The notes: a model not told the origin generated them from the letters alone. Positions 7,709-19,455 are shown, counted from the stretch's first letter. The stretch: DNA of 26,605 nucleotides from Anaerolineales bacterium (GCA_038252885.1 JBBRZY010000001.1:1-26605), one strand, 5' to 3'. Numbers and translations: made by a program.

Positions 7709-8314
7709 TCAGCACTCCACTCCAACTGCACTTAGCGCGGCGCGCACGTCGAGGCCAGGCGTGTAGTGAATGGCCTGCCACCCGGCGGCGCGCGCGCCCT
7801 CGACGTTGTGCAGGAAGTCGTCTACGAACACGGCCTCGGCTGGCTGCACGCCCAGGCGGGCGACGGCCAGGGCGTACAGGCGCGCGTCGGGCTTAGCCAA
7901 GCGCTCCTCGGACGAGATGATGAAGGCGTCGAAGACGTGGCCGGCGCTGAACAGTTCGGTGAATAGCGCGCGGCCGTCGGGCCAGGCGTTGCTGAGGATG
8001 GCGGTTTGGTAGCGCGGGCGCAGGCTTTGGATCAGCGCGACCAGTTTGGCGTCGAGGCGGTCGCCGCTCCAGAAGTCCTTTTGCAGCTCGGCCAGGGCGG
8101 CCGGCTCAAGCTGGAGCGTGCGGCCGACGTGCGCCCACACGTCGGCCACGGTGGCCTGTCCGGCAGTGGCGCGGCGGGCGGTGTCTGAGTCGAACACCAG
8201 CTTGCTCAGGCCGTGCGGGGCGAGGCCCAGGCGCGCCTCTAAGCGCTGGCGCGGGCCCTGGTCTTCGGTGCGCAGCAGCACACCGCCGAAGTCGAACAGC
8301 ACGGCTTTGATCAT
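7709..8314 (-). CDS. HAD-superfamily hydrolase (YihX-like), 201 aa
   Basis: MIKAVLFDFGGVL motif I, ILSNA, KPD, AVFVDDFLHNVEGA; ATGA overlap with the upstream GNAT. Confidence 0.9.
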   Translation of the reverse strand: MIKAVLFDFGGVLLRTEDQGPRQRLEARLGLAPHGLSKLVFDSDTARRATAGQATVADVWAHVGRTLQLEPAALAELQKDFWSGDRLDAKLVALIQSLRPRYQTAILSNAWPDGRALFTELFSAGHVFDAFIISSEERLAKPDARLYALAVARLGVQPAEAVFVDDFLHNVEGARAAGWQAIHYTPGLDVRAALSAVGVEC

Positions 8315-9291
8315 GGCAGGTCTTTCCCGAAGGCGATGGTGGTGCGGAAGGTGACGAAGCCCAGACGCTCGTACAGGCCAAGCGCGCCGCTGGGGTTCTC
8401 GGCATCCACGCCCAGGGTGGCAAAGTCTAGACCCTCGGCTTTGAAAGCGCGGAACGACTGGGCCAGCAGAAAGGCGGCCAGCCCGCGCTTGCGCCAGGGG
8501 CGGCGCGTGCCGAGCGAGCCGACCCAGCCGGTGGTGTAGCCCAGGCGCGCGTTCTCGTCGGGGTCGACGCGGTTGAGGCTGAAGGCCGCGATCTGCGCGC
8601 CGTCGTGGACGACCCACGTCAGGTCGGGCCGGAAGGCGGTGTGGCCGATGATGAACTTGTGACAATCCACCACGGAAATTTCCTCGTGCTGCCAGTGGTC
8701 GGTGAAGGCTTCGTTGTCGGCCTGGCGCAGCACCTCATCGAAGGCGAGTTGGTAGGGGGTGAGCGTTAGCCCGGCCGGCAGCGCCAGGTCGGGGATGGGC
8801 TGGCTAAGGTCGCGGCGCATGCGAAAGAAGTGGCGCACGGGCGTGAAACCCAGGCGGGTGTAAGCGCCGATGCGCGCGGCCAGCGCGGCGTTGGTGCGGC
8901 CCCGCACGGCGCGCGGTCCGCTGAAGCCGGTGGGGGCGGCGATCTCGGCCTGGCGGGCGCGGGCGCGGGTCTCGGCCCAGGTGAGCAGCGCCTCGGGCAG
9001 GCCGCCGTCGCGGTGGGCGGGATGCACGTCGTCATCAATGTGCGTGCGGAGGGCGTCGGTCGGGGCGGGGTTGGTGTAGAGGCGCGCATAGGCGGCGACT
9101 GTGCCGTCGGGCGCGAGGGCGAGCTGCGTCTCGGTCGGGGCCGGCGACCATTCGTCCTCAAACTCGCGCTGGAGGTCGGCCAAGGAGGGGAAGGTGGCGT
9201 CGCCGTCGGCCAGGCCGATGGCGACGAAAAGGGCGTGAATGGCGGGCAGGTCGGCGTAAGTGGCGGCGCGCCAGGTGTAGTCGGTCAGCAT
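8311..9291 (-). CDS. tandem-GNAT N-acetyltransferase, 326 aa
   Basis: LGTRRPWRKRGLAAFLL acetyl-CoA motif, LGVDAENPSGALGLYERLGF; degenerate N-terminal GNAT. Confidence 0.88.
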   Translation of the reverse strand: MLTDYTWRAATYADLPAIHALFVAIGLADGDATFPSLADLQREFEDEWSPAPTETQLALAPDGTVAAYARLYTNPAPTDALRTHIDDDVHPAHRDGGLPEALLTWAETRARARQAEIAAPTGFSGPRAVRGRTNAALAARIGAYTRLGFTPVRHFFRMRRDLSQPIPDLALPAGLTLTPYQLAFDEVLRQADNEAFTDHWQHEEISVVDCHKFIIGHTAFRPDLTWVVHDGAQIAAFSLNRVDPDENARLGYTTGWVGSLGTRRPWRKRGLAAFLLAQSFRAFKAEGLDFATLGVDAENPSGALGLYERLGFVTFRTTIAFGKDLP

Positions 9292-9333
9292 AGTGTCCTC
9301 AGCGTTGGGGGCCGGAGGCCGGCCCGCATGGGT

Positions 9334-10308
9334 TTAGGTCAGGTCGAGCGTGTACTCGGTGCTGCCGTGGTAGGCGACAAAGCCCAGGCGCTCGTATAGG
9401 CGGCGCGCCCCAACAGGGTCGGCGGCCAGGGCTTCGAGCGTGGCGTACTCTAGCCCGGCGGCGCGGAAGGCGGCCAGCGAGGCCGAGAGCAGGTGGGCGG
9501 CTAACCCCTGCCGCCGCCACGGCGCGCGCGTGCCCAGCGTGTGAATCCAGCCGGTGGAGTAGCCCAGGTGCGCTTTCTCATCTTCATGGACGCGGTTGAT
9601 GCTGTAGGCCGCGAGCTCGGGGCCGGCGAAGATGACGAAGGTGAGGTCGGGCCGGGCGGCTGAATTGTCGAGATAGTAAATCTGCCAGTCGGCGGGCGAG
9701 ATTTGGTCTTGCAGCGGGTCTTCGGCAAACACCTCGTTCTGGGCCACGCGCAGCGGCTCGCTGAAGGCGGGTGCGTAGGCGCGCAGGGTGAAGCCAGGCG
9801 GCAGAGGATAGTTGGGCAGCGGGTCGGTCAGCGGCCGGCGCATGCGCACCAACGCGAAACTGGGCTGAAAGCCGTGGCGCTGATAGGCGGCCACGCGCGC
9901 GGTCAGGGCGTCGTTGAGGTGCAAGCACAGTGAGCGCGAACTGGCAGCGGTGACGGGGGCCAGGCGGGCGCGGCCGCGTTCGACCAGCCAGGTGAGCAGC
10001 GGTTCTTCCAGGCCGGCCCCGCGATGGGCCGGATGCACCGTGTCGCTGAGGGTGGCGCGGGCCGGGCCGCCGGCCGCGGGCGCGGGGTCGGCGACGACGC
10101 GGCCAAAGGCGGCCACGCTGCCATCGGGCGCGAGGGCCACGCGGGTGTCGGTGGGCGGTGGACACCAGTCATCTTCAAACTGGCGCTGTAGGTCGGCCAG
10201 CGGCGGCACGATAGGGTCGCCATCGGCCAGGGCGGCGGCGGTTTTGAGGGCATGAATGCTGGGCAGATCGGCGGTGGTGGCGGCGCGCCAGGTGTAGGTG
10301 GGGGGCAT
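9334..10308 (-). CDS. tandem-GNAT N-acetyltransferase, 324 aa (close paralog of 8311-9291)
   Basis: VHPAHRGAGL and LGTRAPWRRQGLAAHLL motifs; N-terminus YTWRAAT.ADLP.IHAL shared with its neighbour. Confidence 0.88.
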   Translation of the reverse strand: MPPTYTWRAATTADLPSIHALKTAAALADGDPIVPPLADLQRQFEDDWCPPPTDTRVALAPDGSVAAFGRVVADPAPAAGGPARATLSDTVHPAHRGAGLEEPLLTWLVERGRARLAPVTAASSRSLCLHLNDALTARVAAYQRHGFQPSFALVRMRRPLTDPLPNYPLPPGFTLRAYAPAFSEPLRVAQNEVFAEDPLQDQISPADWQIYYLDNSAARPDLTFVIFAGPELAAYSINRVHEDEKAHLGYSTGWIHTLGTRAPWRRQGLAAHLLSASLAAFRAAGLEYATLEALAADPVGARRLYERLGFVAYHGSTEYTLDLT

Positions 10309-10311
10309 CGT

Positions 10312-10416
10312 TTAGTCCTTGAGGCGGCGATAGCGGGAAGTGTGCTTGACCGGGTGAGCGCCCAGGCCAGGGCACAGGCGCAGCGCGGCGAACATGGGTG
10401 CAAAGTCGGCGGACAC
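10312..10416 (-). CDS. putative 34-aa small ORF MSADFAPMFAALRLCPGLGAHPVKHTSRYRRLKD
   Basis: GTG start with strong SD GAAAGGGGG 6 nt upstream; stop 3 nt before the next GNAT ATG. Confidence 0.45.
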   Translation of the reverse strand: MSADFAPMFAALRLCPGLGAHPVKHTSRYRRLKD

Positions 10417-10463
10417 GGCAGGCCCCCTTTCAGGTGAGGCAGGCGAATGCGGCTCGAGTGCGG

Positions 10464-10502
10464 CTATATAAGTGACTCAGCCGTGAAGGAGGTGCGCCTC
10501 AT
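10464..10502 (-). CDS. putative 12-aa mini-ORF MRRTSFTAESLI
   Basis: ATG overlaps the stop of the Eis-like gene (ATGA); no independent SD. Confidence 0.25.
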   Translation of the reverse strand: MRRTSFTAESLI

Positions 10503-11851
10503 GTCAGGCTCCAGACGTTGCTGGCCTGCTTGGGGAACAAGGCGCCGAGCAACACGCGGGTGGCGTCGCCGTTGTAGCTGCAGTCGGCGTAGGCGTGCCG
10601 CAGCTCGTCGAGCGAGCGGTAGCCGAACAGCAATTGCAAGAAGGTCAGGTTGGGGAAGGCCGCGTCGCCGTTCTCGCCGACGGCGGCCTGCCAGGGCGCG
10701 ATGGTGGTCAGGCGGCCGGCGGTCAGCCCCAGGCGCAGCCCGCCGTGATAGAAGTTGAGCTTAAGCTCGCCGGTGTGCCCGACGGCGGCCGAGCGCGCTA
10801 ACTGCGCCTCCAGCGCGGGCGCAATGCGGCGCAGGAAAGCGGGCAGGTCGGGCACGCGCACGTACCAGGCGTAGGGCGGACGGACGACCGGCAGGTGATC
10901 GCGAAAGGCGTCGTAGACCGGGTGCTCGGCGCCCAGGGCGAAGATGAACCGATCGAGCGTCTTGTGCTTGGCGGCGGCCAGGGCGGCGCCGGTGGCCCAC
11001 AGATAGCGGATGACGCTGGGCGTGACGGCCAGCAGCGAGACGCCCGGTTTGACTTCGTAGCCCACGGCGGCCTGGCCGGCGCCCGGGCCGCCCTCGTTCA
11101 GCCGGGGAGGGTGCACCAAATAGCCGACCGGCTCGCCGGCGGCCGAGGTGATGACGCGCAGGTCAGAGCGCACCAAGCTGCCTTCGCTGCGGCCGTCGAG
11201 CTCGAAGCGCCAGGCGGGGGCCGACCGGATACAGGTGATGAGCTCGCGCCGGCCGACGGTGGCGGCGTAGACCTCTTCTAAGAAGGGGATATCGGCCGGC
11301 GTGGCGGGGCGCACGGGGTAGGGCTCGGCCTCACCCGCTGCCAGGGGCGGCAGGTGAGGCGCGGAGCCGCTGCGCCCGCCGCTGAGGGCCAGGCCCATCT
11401 CGTAGCCAAACTGGCGGTAGTAGAACGGGATGCCGCCGATGACCTGCACCAACTGGCCGCGCGCGGCGCTCCACTGGTGGACGGCGTCGAACTGGGCGCG
11501 CACCAGGCCGCGGCGGCGGAACTCGGGCAGGGTGCCCACGGCCTCCGGCTGCCCGACGCCGAATGGGATACCGGCGTAAGCCCACTCCTGGCTGATGAGG
11601 TTGAGCGAGGAAACGATGCGGCCGGTGGCGGTCTCTTCAACGACGGTGAAGTCGTCGGGGGCAAAGTTGGGGTGCGGCCGGGTGAGCAGGTCGCGGGTCC
11701 ACACGCCGACGAGCAGGTCGGGCGCGTCGTCGTGGCCGTGGATGCGGCTGTTGAAGTCGGCCAGCGCGTCGGCGTCGGCCGGGGTGGTGCGGCGCAGCAC
11801 CAGGCCGTCGCCCAGGTCGCGGATGATTTCGGCGGTGTGACTAACTGACAT
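10499..11851 (-). CDS. Eis-like GNAT acetyltransferase (GNAT plus C-terminal SCP2-like region), 450 aa
   Basis: VGTLPEFRRRGLVRAQF, GIPFYYRQFGYE; length and C-terminal LTFLQLLFGYRS region fit the Eis-like architecture. Confidence 0.8.
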   Translation of the reverse strand: MSVSHTAEIIRDLGDGLVLRRTTPADADALADFNSRIHGHDDAPDLLVGVWTRDLLTRPHPNFAPDDFTVVEETATGRIVSSLNLISQEWAYAGIPFGVGQPEAVGTLPEFRRRGLVRAQFDAVHQWSAARGQLVQVIGGIPFYYRQFGYEMGLALSGGRSGSAPHLPPLAAGEAEPYPVRPATPADIPFLEEVYAATVGRRELITCIRSAPAWRFELDGRSEGSLVRSDLRVITSAAGEPVGYLVHPPRLNEGGPGAGQAAVGYEVKPGVSLLAVTPSVIRYLWATGAALAAAKHKTLDRFIFALGAEHPVYDAFRDHLPVVRPPYAWYVRVPDLPAFLRRIAPALEAQLARSAAVGHTGELKLNFYHGGLRLGLTAGRLTTIAPWQAAVGENGDAAFPNLTFLQLLFGYRSLDELRHAYADCSYNGDATRVLLGALFPKQASNVWSLT

Positions 11852-11853
11852 GG

Positions 11854-12807
11854 TTACGGCTCTCCGAGAGTCGCGGAATGGCTGCCAGGGGCGACCCAAT
11901 CGACCCAGGCTTCGTTAAAGGCCGCGCCGTCAATCTGCGTGACGAGCTGCAAGGGCTTGCCGGCCGGGTCGGGCTGCTCAACCAGCCAGCCGCCGCGCAG
12001 TTCACACTTCAGCCGCTCGGTGCGCAGCTCGACGCCGGTGCGCCAGCCGAGGGCCAGGGCGACGGCCAGCGGGTCGTGCTGAAAGTTGAGGGTGTCATCC
12101 GGCAGGGCGGGGCAGGTGAGGCCGTAGCGCAGCTCGTTGCCCCAGTCGCGGGCGAAGACCTCGGCCTGGCGCGCGATCAGTTGGGCCACGGGGCCGGCGG
12201 CGCGCAGGCGCGGCAGGTGGGCACGGCGCAGGGCGGTTTCGACCGTCACGGTCAGCGGCACCAGCAGCGGCCGGCTGTGCGCCAGGACGAAGGCGGCCGA
12301 GGCGGCGTCGGCCTGCATGTTCCAATCCATGTCGTTGCCCCACTGCGGGAAGCCGGGGCGCGGGGCGTAGACGTAGCCGCCCATCAGGGTCAGGTTGGTG
12401 CGCGCAAGTAGGCGCGGCCGGCGCTCTTCGAGCAGGCGCAGGTTGGTGAATGGGCCGATGCCGATGAGCACGGCCCCGGCCGCCAGGCTGGCCTCGAGCA
12501 AGTCGAGCGCGGCGCCGACGGGGGTGGGGTAGGGCGTGACCGGCTCTGGCCAATAGTCGCGCTCTGGCGGGTAGCCCATGGGGGTGCGATAGACGCCGCT
12601 GGCGACGTCGGCCCCGGCGGCGACGGGGATGTCGGCGCGGCCGGCGAGACCCAGCACGTAGCGGGCGTAGCCGGCGCGGCGGCCGGCGTCGTCGGCCACG
12701 GTGGTCACGCCCACCAGGTCGACATCGGGCCGAGCCAGCAGCAGCGCCAGCGCACACAGGTCGTCCAGGTCGCCGCCGAGGTCGGTGTCGAGATGTACTT
12801 TTAGCAT
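11854..12807 (-). CDS. inosine/uridine-preferring nucleoside hydrolase family, 317 aa
   Basis: DTDLGGDLDDLCAL Asp-rich Ca-binding motif, IGPFTNL, MGG, DWNMQAD, HDPLA. Confidence 0.88.
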   Translation of the reverse strand: MLKVHLDTDLGGDLDDLCALALLLARPDVDLVGVTTVADDAGRRAGYARYVLGLAGRADIPVAAGADVASGVYRTPMGYPPERDYWPEPVTPYPTPVGAALDLLEASLAAGAVLIGIGPFTNLRLLEERRPRLLARTNLTLMGGYVYAPRPGFPQWGNDMDWNMQADAASAAFVLAHSRPLLVPLTVTVETALRRAHLPRLRAAGPVAQLIARQAEVFARDWGNELRYGLTCPALPDDTLNFQHDPLAVALALGWRTGVELRTERLKCELRGGWLVEQPDPAGKPLQLVTQIDGAAFNEAWVDWVAPGSHSATLGEP

Positions 12808-12860
12808 TCAGCCCCTACGCTCGTCCGTCTGGATTGGCTGTCTTGGCCTGGGCTCTGCCC

Positions 12861-14648
<1,788 letters not shown>

Positions 14649-14668
14649 GTCAACTTTCGCAACAACAA

Positions 14669-15715
14669 TTAGTGAGCTTCGAGCGCGGTGGTCGCCAGGT
14701 CGGCGCCGGCGCGCAGTTCTCTTTCCCAGACCTGATAAGTATAGTTCGGGTCGGAGCGCATGCCGGCCTTTTCGTAGAGGCGGGTGGCCCCGGTGAGGCT
14801 GCCGGCATCCACGCCCAGGCCCACGCGGCGGCGGCCGCGAGCGTAGAGCTTATTGAATGAGTCGTGCAGCAGCGCCAGCGCCAGACCGCGCCGCCGCCAC
14901 GCGCGCCGCACGCCGAGCGAGAAGATCCAGCCCATGGCCGGGTCTTCGGGCAGTTCCATGCGCGCGAACGAGGTGCCTATGATCTCACCCTTCGCGACGG
15001 CCAGCGACCACAGGCTGGGGTCGAAGCTGGGGTTGCTGGACCAGTTGTGCCGCCAACCCTGCAGGTCTTCCTCGAACGGGCGCGCGACGTGGCCCCAGTG
15101 ATCGTCAAAGGCGGCGCGCACGGTGTGCACGAGGGCTTCATCGTCCTGGCCGAGCACAAAGGTGCGACCACTAACGCCCTCTGGCCAGATGGGCGCGGGC
15201 GGTGGCGGGGCGTCGGCCAGATCAATGACCATGCGCCAGGCGGTGCGCACGTGGGCGTGGCCGAAGCCAGCCAGCAGGGCGTGGGTGGCGGTGTCGCGGC
15301 TGTTGTACCAGCCGGTGAGCACCACGCGCGTGCCGGCGGGGGCCAGGGCCACGGCTTGCTGCGCGCGCGCCTCTGACCAGGCCAGCAGGTAGGTGCCCAG
15401 CCCGCGGCCGGTGTGGGCCGGGTGCACGCGCCCCCACTGCTCGGGCTGCACGTGCGGCGCGGCGTCCCAGGTGTTGACAAAGCCGGCTAGGGCGCCGTCG
15501 GGCGCGAGCAGCAGCAGGCTATCGGTCGCCAGGTTTATCTCGGGCGACTGCCAGTCGCGCTGGGTGTCGGCCAGGGAGTGTTGATCGACGCCCAGCAGCG
15601 CCTGCGAGCTGGCGTTGAACAGGGCGGTGGCGGCGGCGGCGTCGGTGAGCTGCGCCGGGCGCGCGGTGTAGCCGGCCGGCAAAGCAGCGGCGGGCGCGAT
15701 GGTGTCAGTTTGCAT
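14669..15715 (-). CDS. tandem-GNAT N-acetyltransferase, 348 aa
   Basis: VHPAHTGRGLG and LGVRRAWRRRGLALALL, LGVDAGSLTGATRLYEKAGM; SD GAGGA before ATG 15715. Confidence 0.88.
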   Translation of the reverse strand: MQTDTIAPAAALPAGYTARPAQLTDAAAATALFNASSQALLGVDQHSLADTQRDWQSPEINLATDSLLLLAPDGALAGFVNTWDAAPHVQPEQWGRVHPAHTGRGLGTYLLAWSEARAQQAVALAPAGTRVVLTGWYNSRDTATHALLAGFGHAHVRTAWRMVIDLADAPPPPAPIWPEGVSGRTFVLGQDDEALVHTVRAAFDDHWGHVARPFEEDLQGWRHNWSSNPSFDPSLWSLAVAKGEIIGTSFARMELPEDPAMGWIFSLGVRRAWRRRGLALALLHDSFNKLYARGRRRVGLGVDAGSLTGATRLYEKAGMRSDPNYTYQVWERELRAGADLATTALEAH

Positions 15716-15772
15716 CAAGATTATCCTCACGGCGACCCGGGGGCCGCGGCACGTGCCAGTTAAGCATAGCGC

Positions 15773-16768
15773 TTATAGCGGTTTGCGCAGCGCCAGGCTA
15801 TGTTGAAAGGTCTTAAAGCCCACGCTTTCGTACAGGCCCAGCGCGCCGGTGGGGTTTTCGGCGTCGACGCCCAGGGCCACGTCGGTGAGGCCGCGCGCCC
15901 GCAGCGCGTGCAGGCTGTTAAGCAGCAGCGCTCGGCCCAGCCCGCGCCGGCGATAGGGGCGGCGCACGCTCAGGTCTTCGACCCAGCCGCGCTGGTGGCC
16001 GTGCTCGGAATTCTCGGCGGCGGGGATCATATTCATCGAAACGCCGGCGACTTCGTTGGTGACGGTATCCCAGGCTACCTGCCACAGATCGGGATCGGTG
16101 TCGGGGCTGTCCATCAGGCGCAGAAACTGCGCGTCGTCGGCTTCGCTGTTGCCCCAGTGGTCGCGGAAGGCTTCTTCGCTGGCCTGCCAGATGGTGTGCA
16201 GCAGGGCGCGGTCATGCCGATCGACCGGGCGCAGTTCGAGGCCGAGCGGCAGGGGGGCAGGCGGCAGGGCGTCGAGGCCAGTATGCAGCATCTCATAGAA
16301 ATGCCGGACGGGCACGTAGCCGCGCCGCTCGAACAGCGCTACTTTGCCGACGCGCGTGTCGGCGGTGAAGGACTGAAAGGCGCGCGGGGCTTCGGCGGGG
16401 TGTAAAGCGGCCACGGCGCGCAGGCGCGCCTCGCCGCGCTCGACCAGCGTGGCGCCCAGGCCCTGGCGGCGAAAGTCGGGGTCGACATAGCCGGCCAGGT
16501 TATAGACATAGGTGCCAGTGCCCTCGAGCCGCCAGGCGGTGTATTGATAGCCGGCGAGGCGGCCGCCGACTTCGGCCAGCAGGATATCTTCCTGCGGGTC
16601 AGTGTTCACGAGGTGGCGGAACCAAGCGGTCAGGCTTTCGACGGTCGGGCGCTCGTCTACCTGATCGGCCTGGTTGCAGCGCTGAGCGACAGCGGCCAGG
16701 GCGGGCAGGTCGGCCTCGCCGGCGATGGGGCGGATGACAACGTCAGTGACTAAGGTTGAGGCGGTCAT
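15773..16768 (-). CDS. tandem-GNAT N-acetyltransferase, 331 aa
   Basis: VDPDFRRQGLG and VRRPYRRRGLGRALL, LGVDAENPTGALGLYESVGF. Confidence 0.88.
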   Translation of the reverse strand: MTASTLVTDVVIRPIAGEADLPALAAVAQRCNQADQVDERPTVESLTAWFRHLVNTDPQEDILLAEVGGRLAGYQYTAWRLEGTGTYVYNLAGYVDPDFRRQGLGATLVERGEARLRAVAALHPAEAPRAFQSFTADTRVGKVALFERRGYVPVRHFYEMLHTGLDALPPAPLPLGLELRPVDRHDRALLHTIWQASEEAFRDHWGNSEADDAQFLRLMDSPDTDPDLWQVAWDTVTNEVAGVSMNMIPAAENSEHGHQRGWVEDLSVRRPYRRRGLGRALLLNSLHALRARGLTDVALGVDAENPTGALGLYESVGFKTFQHSLALRKPL

Positions 16769-17793
16769 ATTTCACTCGGGATTGGTTTACGGTAGGTGGC
16801 GCTGCGATGCACCGGGCGGAAGCCCATGGCTTCGTACACGCGCAGCGCGCCGGTCAGGTTTTCGGTATCCACGCCCAGGGCGGCCTCGGTCATGCCGCGC
16901 GCTTTAAGCTCGCGCAAGTTCTCAGCGATGAGGGCGCGGGCCACGCCCTGCCGGCGCCACGGCCGGCGCACGGTGATGGTTTCGGTATAGCCGCGGCGCC
17001 GATTGAACTTCTCGTTCTCGGCGGGGACGATGTAGCCCAGCACCGTGCCCACCACCTCGTTACGGGCGATGTCCCAGGCGACTTTCCAAATATCGCGCTG
17101 GAACTCCTGCTCATTGCCCACCCAGCGGGCATAGTCTTCAGCTGACTGTTCCTGTGCGCCCCAATGGTCTTGAAAGGCCTCGACTAGTTCGTTCCAAATG
17201 GCCTGATTGTGCTCGGGCAGCGCCGGGCGCAGCTCCACCCCGGCCGGCAGACGCAGATCGGGAATGTTCTCTAAATCTGGGCGGACCATCTGGTAGCCGT
17301 AGCGCACGGGCGTGTAGCCGGCGCGTTCCAGCAGGGCGGTCTTGGCGGTTTCAAGTTCGGACGACTCGGCCTGCCACATGGCCTGGGCCGCCGGCGGGCG
17401 CGGGTGGTTCTGCTCGGCGGCGATGGCGAGCGCGCGCGCCTCGAGCCAGGCCAGCAGGGCGCGGCCCAGACCCTGGCGGCGCACCTCTGGCCGCACATGC
17501 ACGGCAATGCGGTAGAGATAGGTTGGGCCGCTGCTCTCCAATTCCCACGAGGCGCGGCCGTAGGCGACCAGCCCAGATGGGCCCTCGACCAGCAGCATGT
17601 CGCGGGTCGGGTCGCAGTTGGTCAGGTGGGCGTAGAAATACTGCATCATCTCCAGCGTGACAGTGCTCTCGCGGTTATTGGCAGTCTCGTCGGCCGCCAA
17701 TACGTCTGCCACGGCGGGCAGGTCTTCCGCGCCACGGTAATGGCGAACGGTGAAGCCGGCGACAGTTGGCAGGGCAAGGGCTGGGGCGGTCAT
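16765..17793 (-). CDS. tandem-GNAT N-acetyltransferase, 342 aa
   Basis: VRPEVRRQGLGRALL and VRRPWRRQGVARALI, LGVDTENLTGALRVYEAMGF; ATGA overlaps on both sides. Confidence 0.88.
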   Translation of the reverse strand: MTAPALALPTVAGFTVRHYRGAEDLPAVADVLAADETANNRESTVTLEMMQYFYAHLTNCDPTRDMLLVEGPSGLVAYGRASWELESSGPTYLYRIAVHVRPEVRRQGLGRALLAWLEARALAIAAEQNHPRPPAAQAMWQAESSELETAKTALLERAGYTPVRYGYQMVRPDLENIPDLRLPAGVELRPALPEHNQAIWNELVEAFQDHWGAQEQSAEDYARWVGNEQEFQRDIWKVAWDIARNEVVGTVLGYIVPAENEKFNRRRGYTETITVRRPWRRQGVARALIAENLRELKARGMTEAALGVDTENLTGALRVYEAMGFRPVHRSATYRKPIPSEI

Positions 17794-18827
17794 GGGGCAC
17801 TCGCTTCACTCGGGAAGTTCTTGCGGTAGACGGCTTCGCGCTTCACCGGGCGGAAGCCCATGCTTTCATAGACGCCCAGCGCGCCGGTGGGGTTTTCGGT
17901 GTCGACGCCCAGGGCGGCTTCGGTCATGCCGCGCGCCTGGAGCTCGCGCAGGTTGGCGGCCATGAGGGCGCGGGCCACGCCCTGCTTGCGGTACGGCCGG
18001 CGCACGCAGATGTTCTCGGTCCAGCCGCGCAGGCGGTGGAACTGGGTGTTCTGCTCGGCGATGATGTAGCCTAGCACCATGCCGGCGACCTCGTTGGTGG
18101 CGGTGTCCCAGGCGACTTTCCAGATGGCGGGCTGGAACTCGCGCGTGTCACTCAGCCAACGCTGGTAGTCTTCGAGCGTGCGCTCGGTCTCGCCCCAGTG
18201 ATCGCGGAAGGCCTCGATGTTGGCATCCCAAATGGCTTGGTAGTGCTCGGGCTGCGCCGGACGCAGCTCTAGCCCGGCGGGTAGGCGCAGGTCGGGGATG
18301 TCATCCAAGTTTGGGCGGACCATCTCGTAGAAGTAACGCACGGGGGTGTAGCCGGCGCGCGCGAGCAGCGCGAGGTGGGCGCGTGAGCTCTCGTTGGCGA
18401 AGGACTGCCAGTAGGCCTGGGCGACGGGCGGGCGCGGGTGGCCCAGCTCGCCGGCGACGGCCAGAGCGCGGGCTTCGAGCCAGGCCAGCAGTGCGCGGCC
18501 CAGGCCCTGCCGGCGCACCTCTGGTTTGACAAACCCGACGATCAGGTACTGGTAGGCCTCGACGCCGTCTTCTTTGACCCAGAAGGTGCGGCCATAGGCG
18601 ACCAGGCCGGCCGGGCCCTCGACCAGCAGCACGTCGCGGTTGGGGTCGCAGTTGGTCAGGTGGCGATAGTGGTTGAGCATGGTCTCCGGCGTATCGGCGT
18701 CTTCCTGACCGTCGGCGGCTTTGCTGGCGCGAATGACGTCGAGCATGGCGGGCTGGTCGGCCTCGCCGCGGTAGGGGCGAAAGGTGTAACCGGCCAGGGC
18801 CGGCAGTTCAGGCGTAAGGGTGCTCAT
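17790..18827 (-). CDS. tandem-GNAT N-acetyltransferase, 345 aa (close paralog of 16765-17793)
   Basis: Shared HLTNCDP.RD.LLVEGP.GLVAYGR and VRRQGLGRALLAWLEARALA; VRRPYRKQGVARAL, LGVDTENPTGALGVYESMGF. Confidence 0.88.
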   Translation of the reverse strand: MSTLTPELPALAGYTFRPYRGEADQPAMLDVIRASKAADGQEDADTPETMLNHYRHLTNCDPNRDVLLVEGPAGLVAYGRTFWVKEDGVEAYQYLIVGFVKPEVRRQGLGRALLAWLEARALAVAGELGHPRPPVAQAYWQSFANESSRAHLALLARAGYTPVRYFYEMVRPNLDDIPDLRLPAGLELRPAQPEHYQAIWDANIEAFRDHWGETERTLEDYQRWLSDTREFQPAIWKVAWDTATNEVAGMVLGYIIAEQNTQFHRLRGWTENICVRRPYRKQGVARALMAANLRELQARGMTEAALGVDTENPTGALGVYESMGFRPVKREAVYRKNFPSEASAP

Positions 18828-18876
18828 GGCATCTCCGTAATCACTAAACAGTTCGAGGCTTTGTTAGTCGTGGGCG

Positions 18877-19452
18877 TCAGGCCGGTTGATCGGCTTGCTC
18901 CCAGTCGGCGCGCAAGAGGCCCATGCTGATGATGTGCTCGCGCCGGCCGTCGCGGCCATCCCATTCGCGCTGGGTGCCCTCGTGCACGAAGCCGCACTTC
19001 TCGTAGGAGCGGATGGCGCGGGCGTTGTCGGCGTTGGCCTCCAGGCTGATGCGTTCCAGGTTCAGCTCGTGAAAGCCGAAGCGCAGGGCCAGGCGCATGG
19101 CGTCGGTGCCATAGCCTTTGCTTAAGTCGGCCTGCTCGCCGAGGCCGATGCCGACGAAGGCTTCGGCGTTGGGCCAACTGATCACCCACAGGCCAACGTA
19201 GCCGATGAACTGGCCGGTGGTCAGCAGGTGAATGCCGAAGGGGAAGCTGCGGCCGTGCTCGGCGCGCTGCTCCATGGCGGCCAGCACGTGGGCGGCGCTC
19301 TCAGGGCGCACCGCGTCGCCGTCGGCCCAGCGGCGGAGCTCGCTGTTGGTCGTCCAGCGGGCGAAGGCGGCGGCGTCACGCTGCGGGTCTTGCGCGGCGA
19401 GCCGGACGAGTGTGCCAGCGTATAGATCAGGGTAACGCAGTTGGGTGGGCAT
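18877..19452 (-). CDS. RimJ/RimL-type GNAT N-acetyltransferase, 191 aa
   Basis: GIGLGE...KGYGTDAMRLALRFGFHELNLERISL..N.RAIRSYEKCGFVHEG. Confidence 0.9.
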   Translation of the reverse strand: MPTQLRYPDLYAGTLVRLAAQDPQRDAAAFARWTTNSELRRWADGDAVRPESAAHVLAAMEQRAEHGRSFPFGIHLLTTGQFIGYVGLWVISWPNAEAFVGIGLGEQADLSKGYGTDAMRLALRFGFHELNLERISLEANADNARAIRSYEKCGFVHEGTQREWDGRDGRREHIISMGLLRADWEQADQPA

Positions 19453-19455
19453 GGG

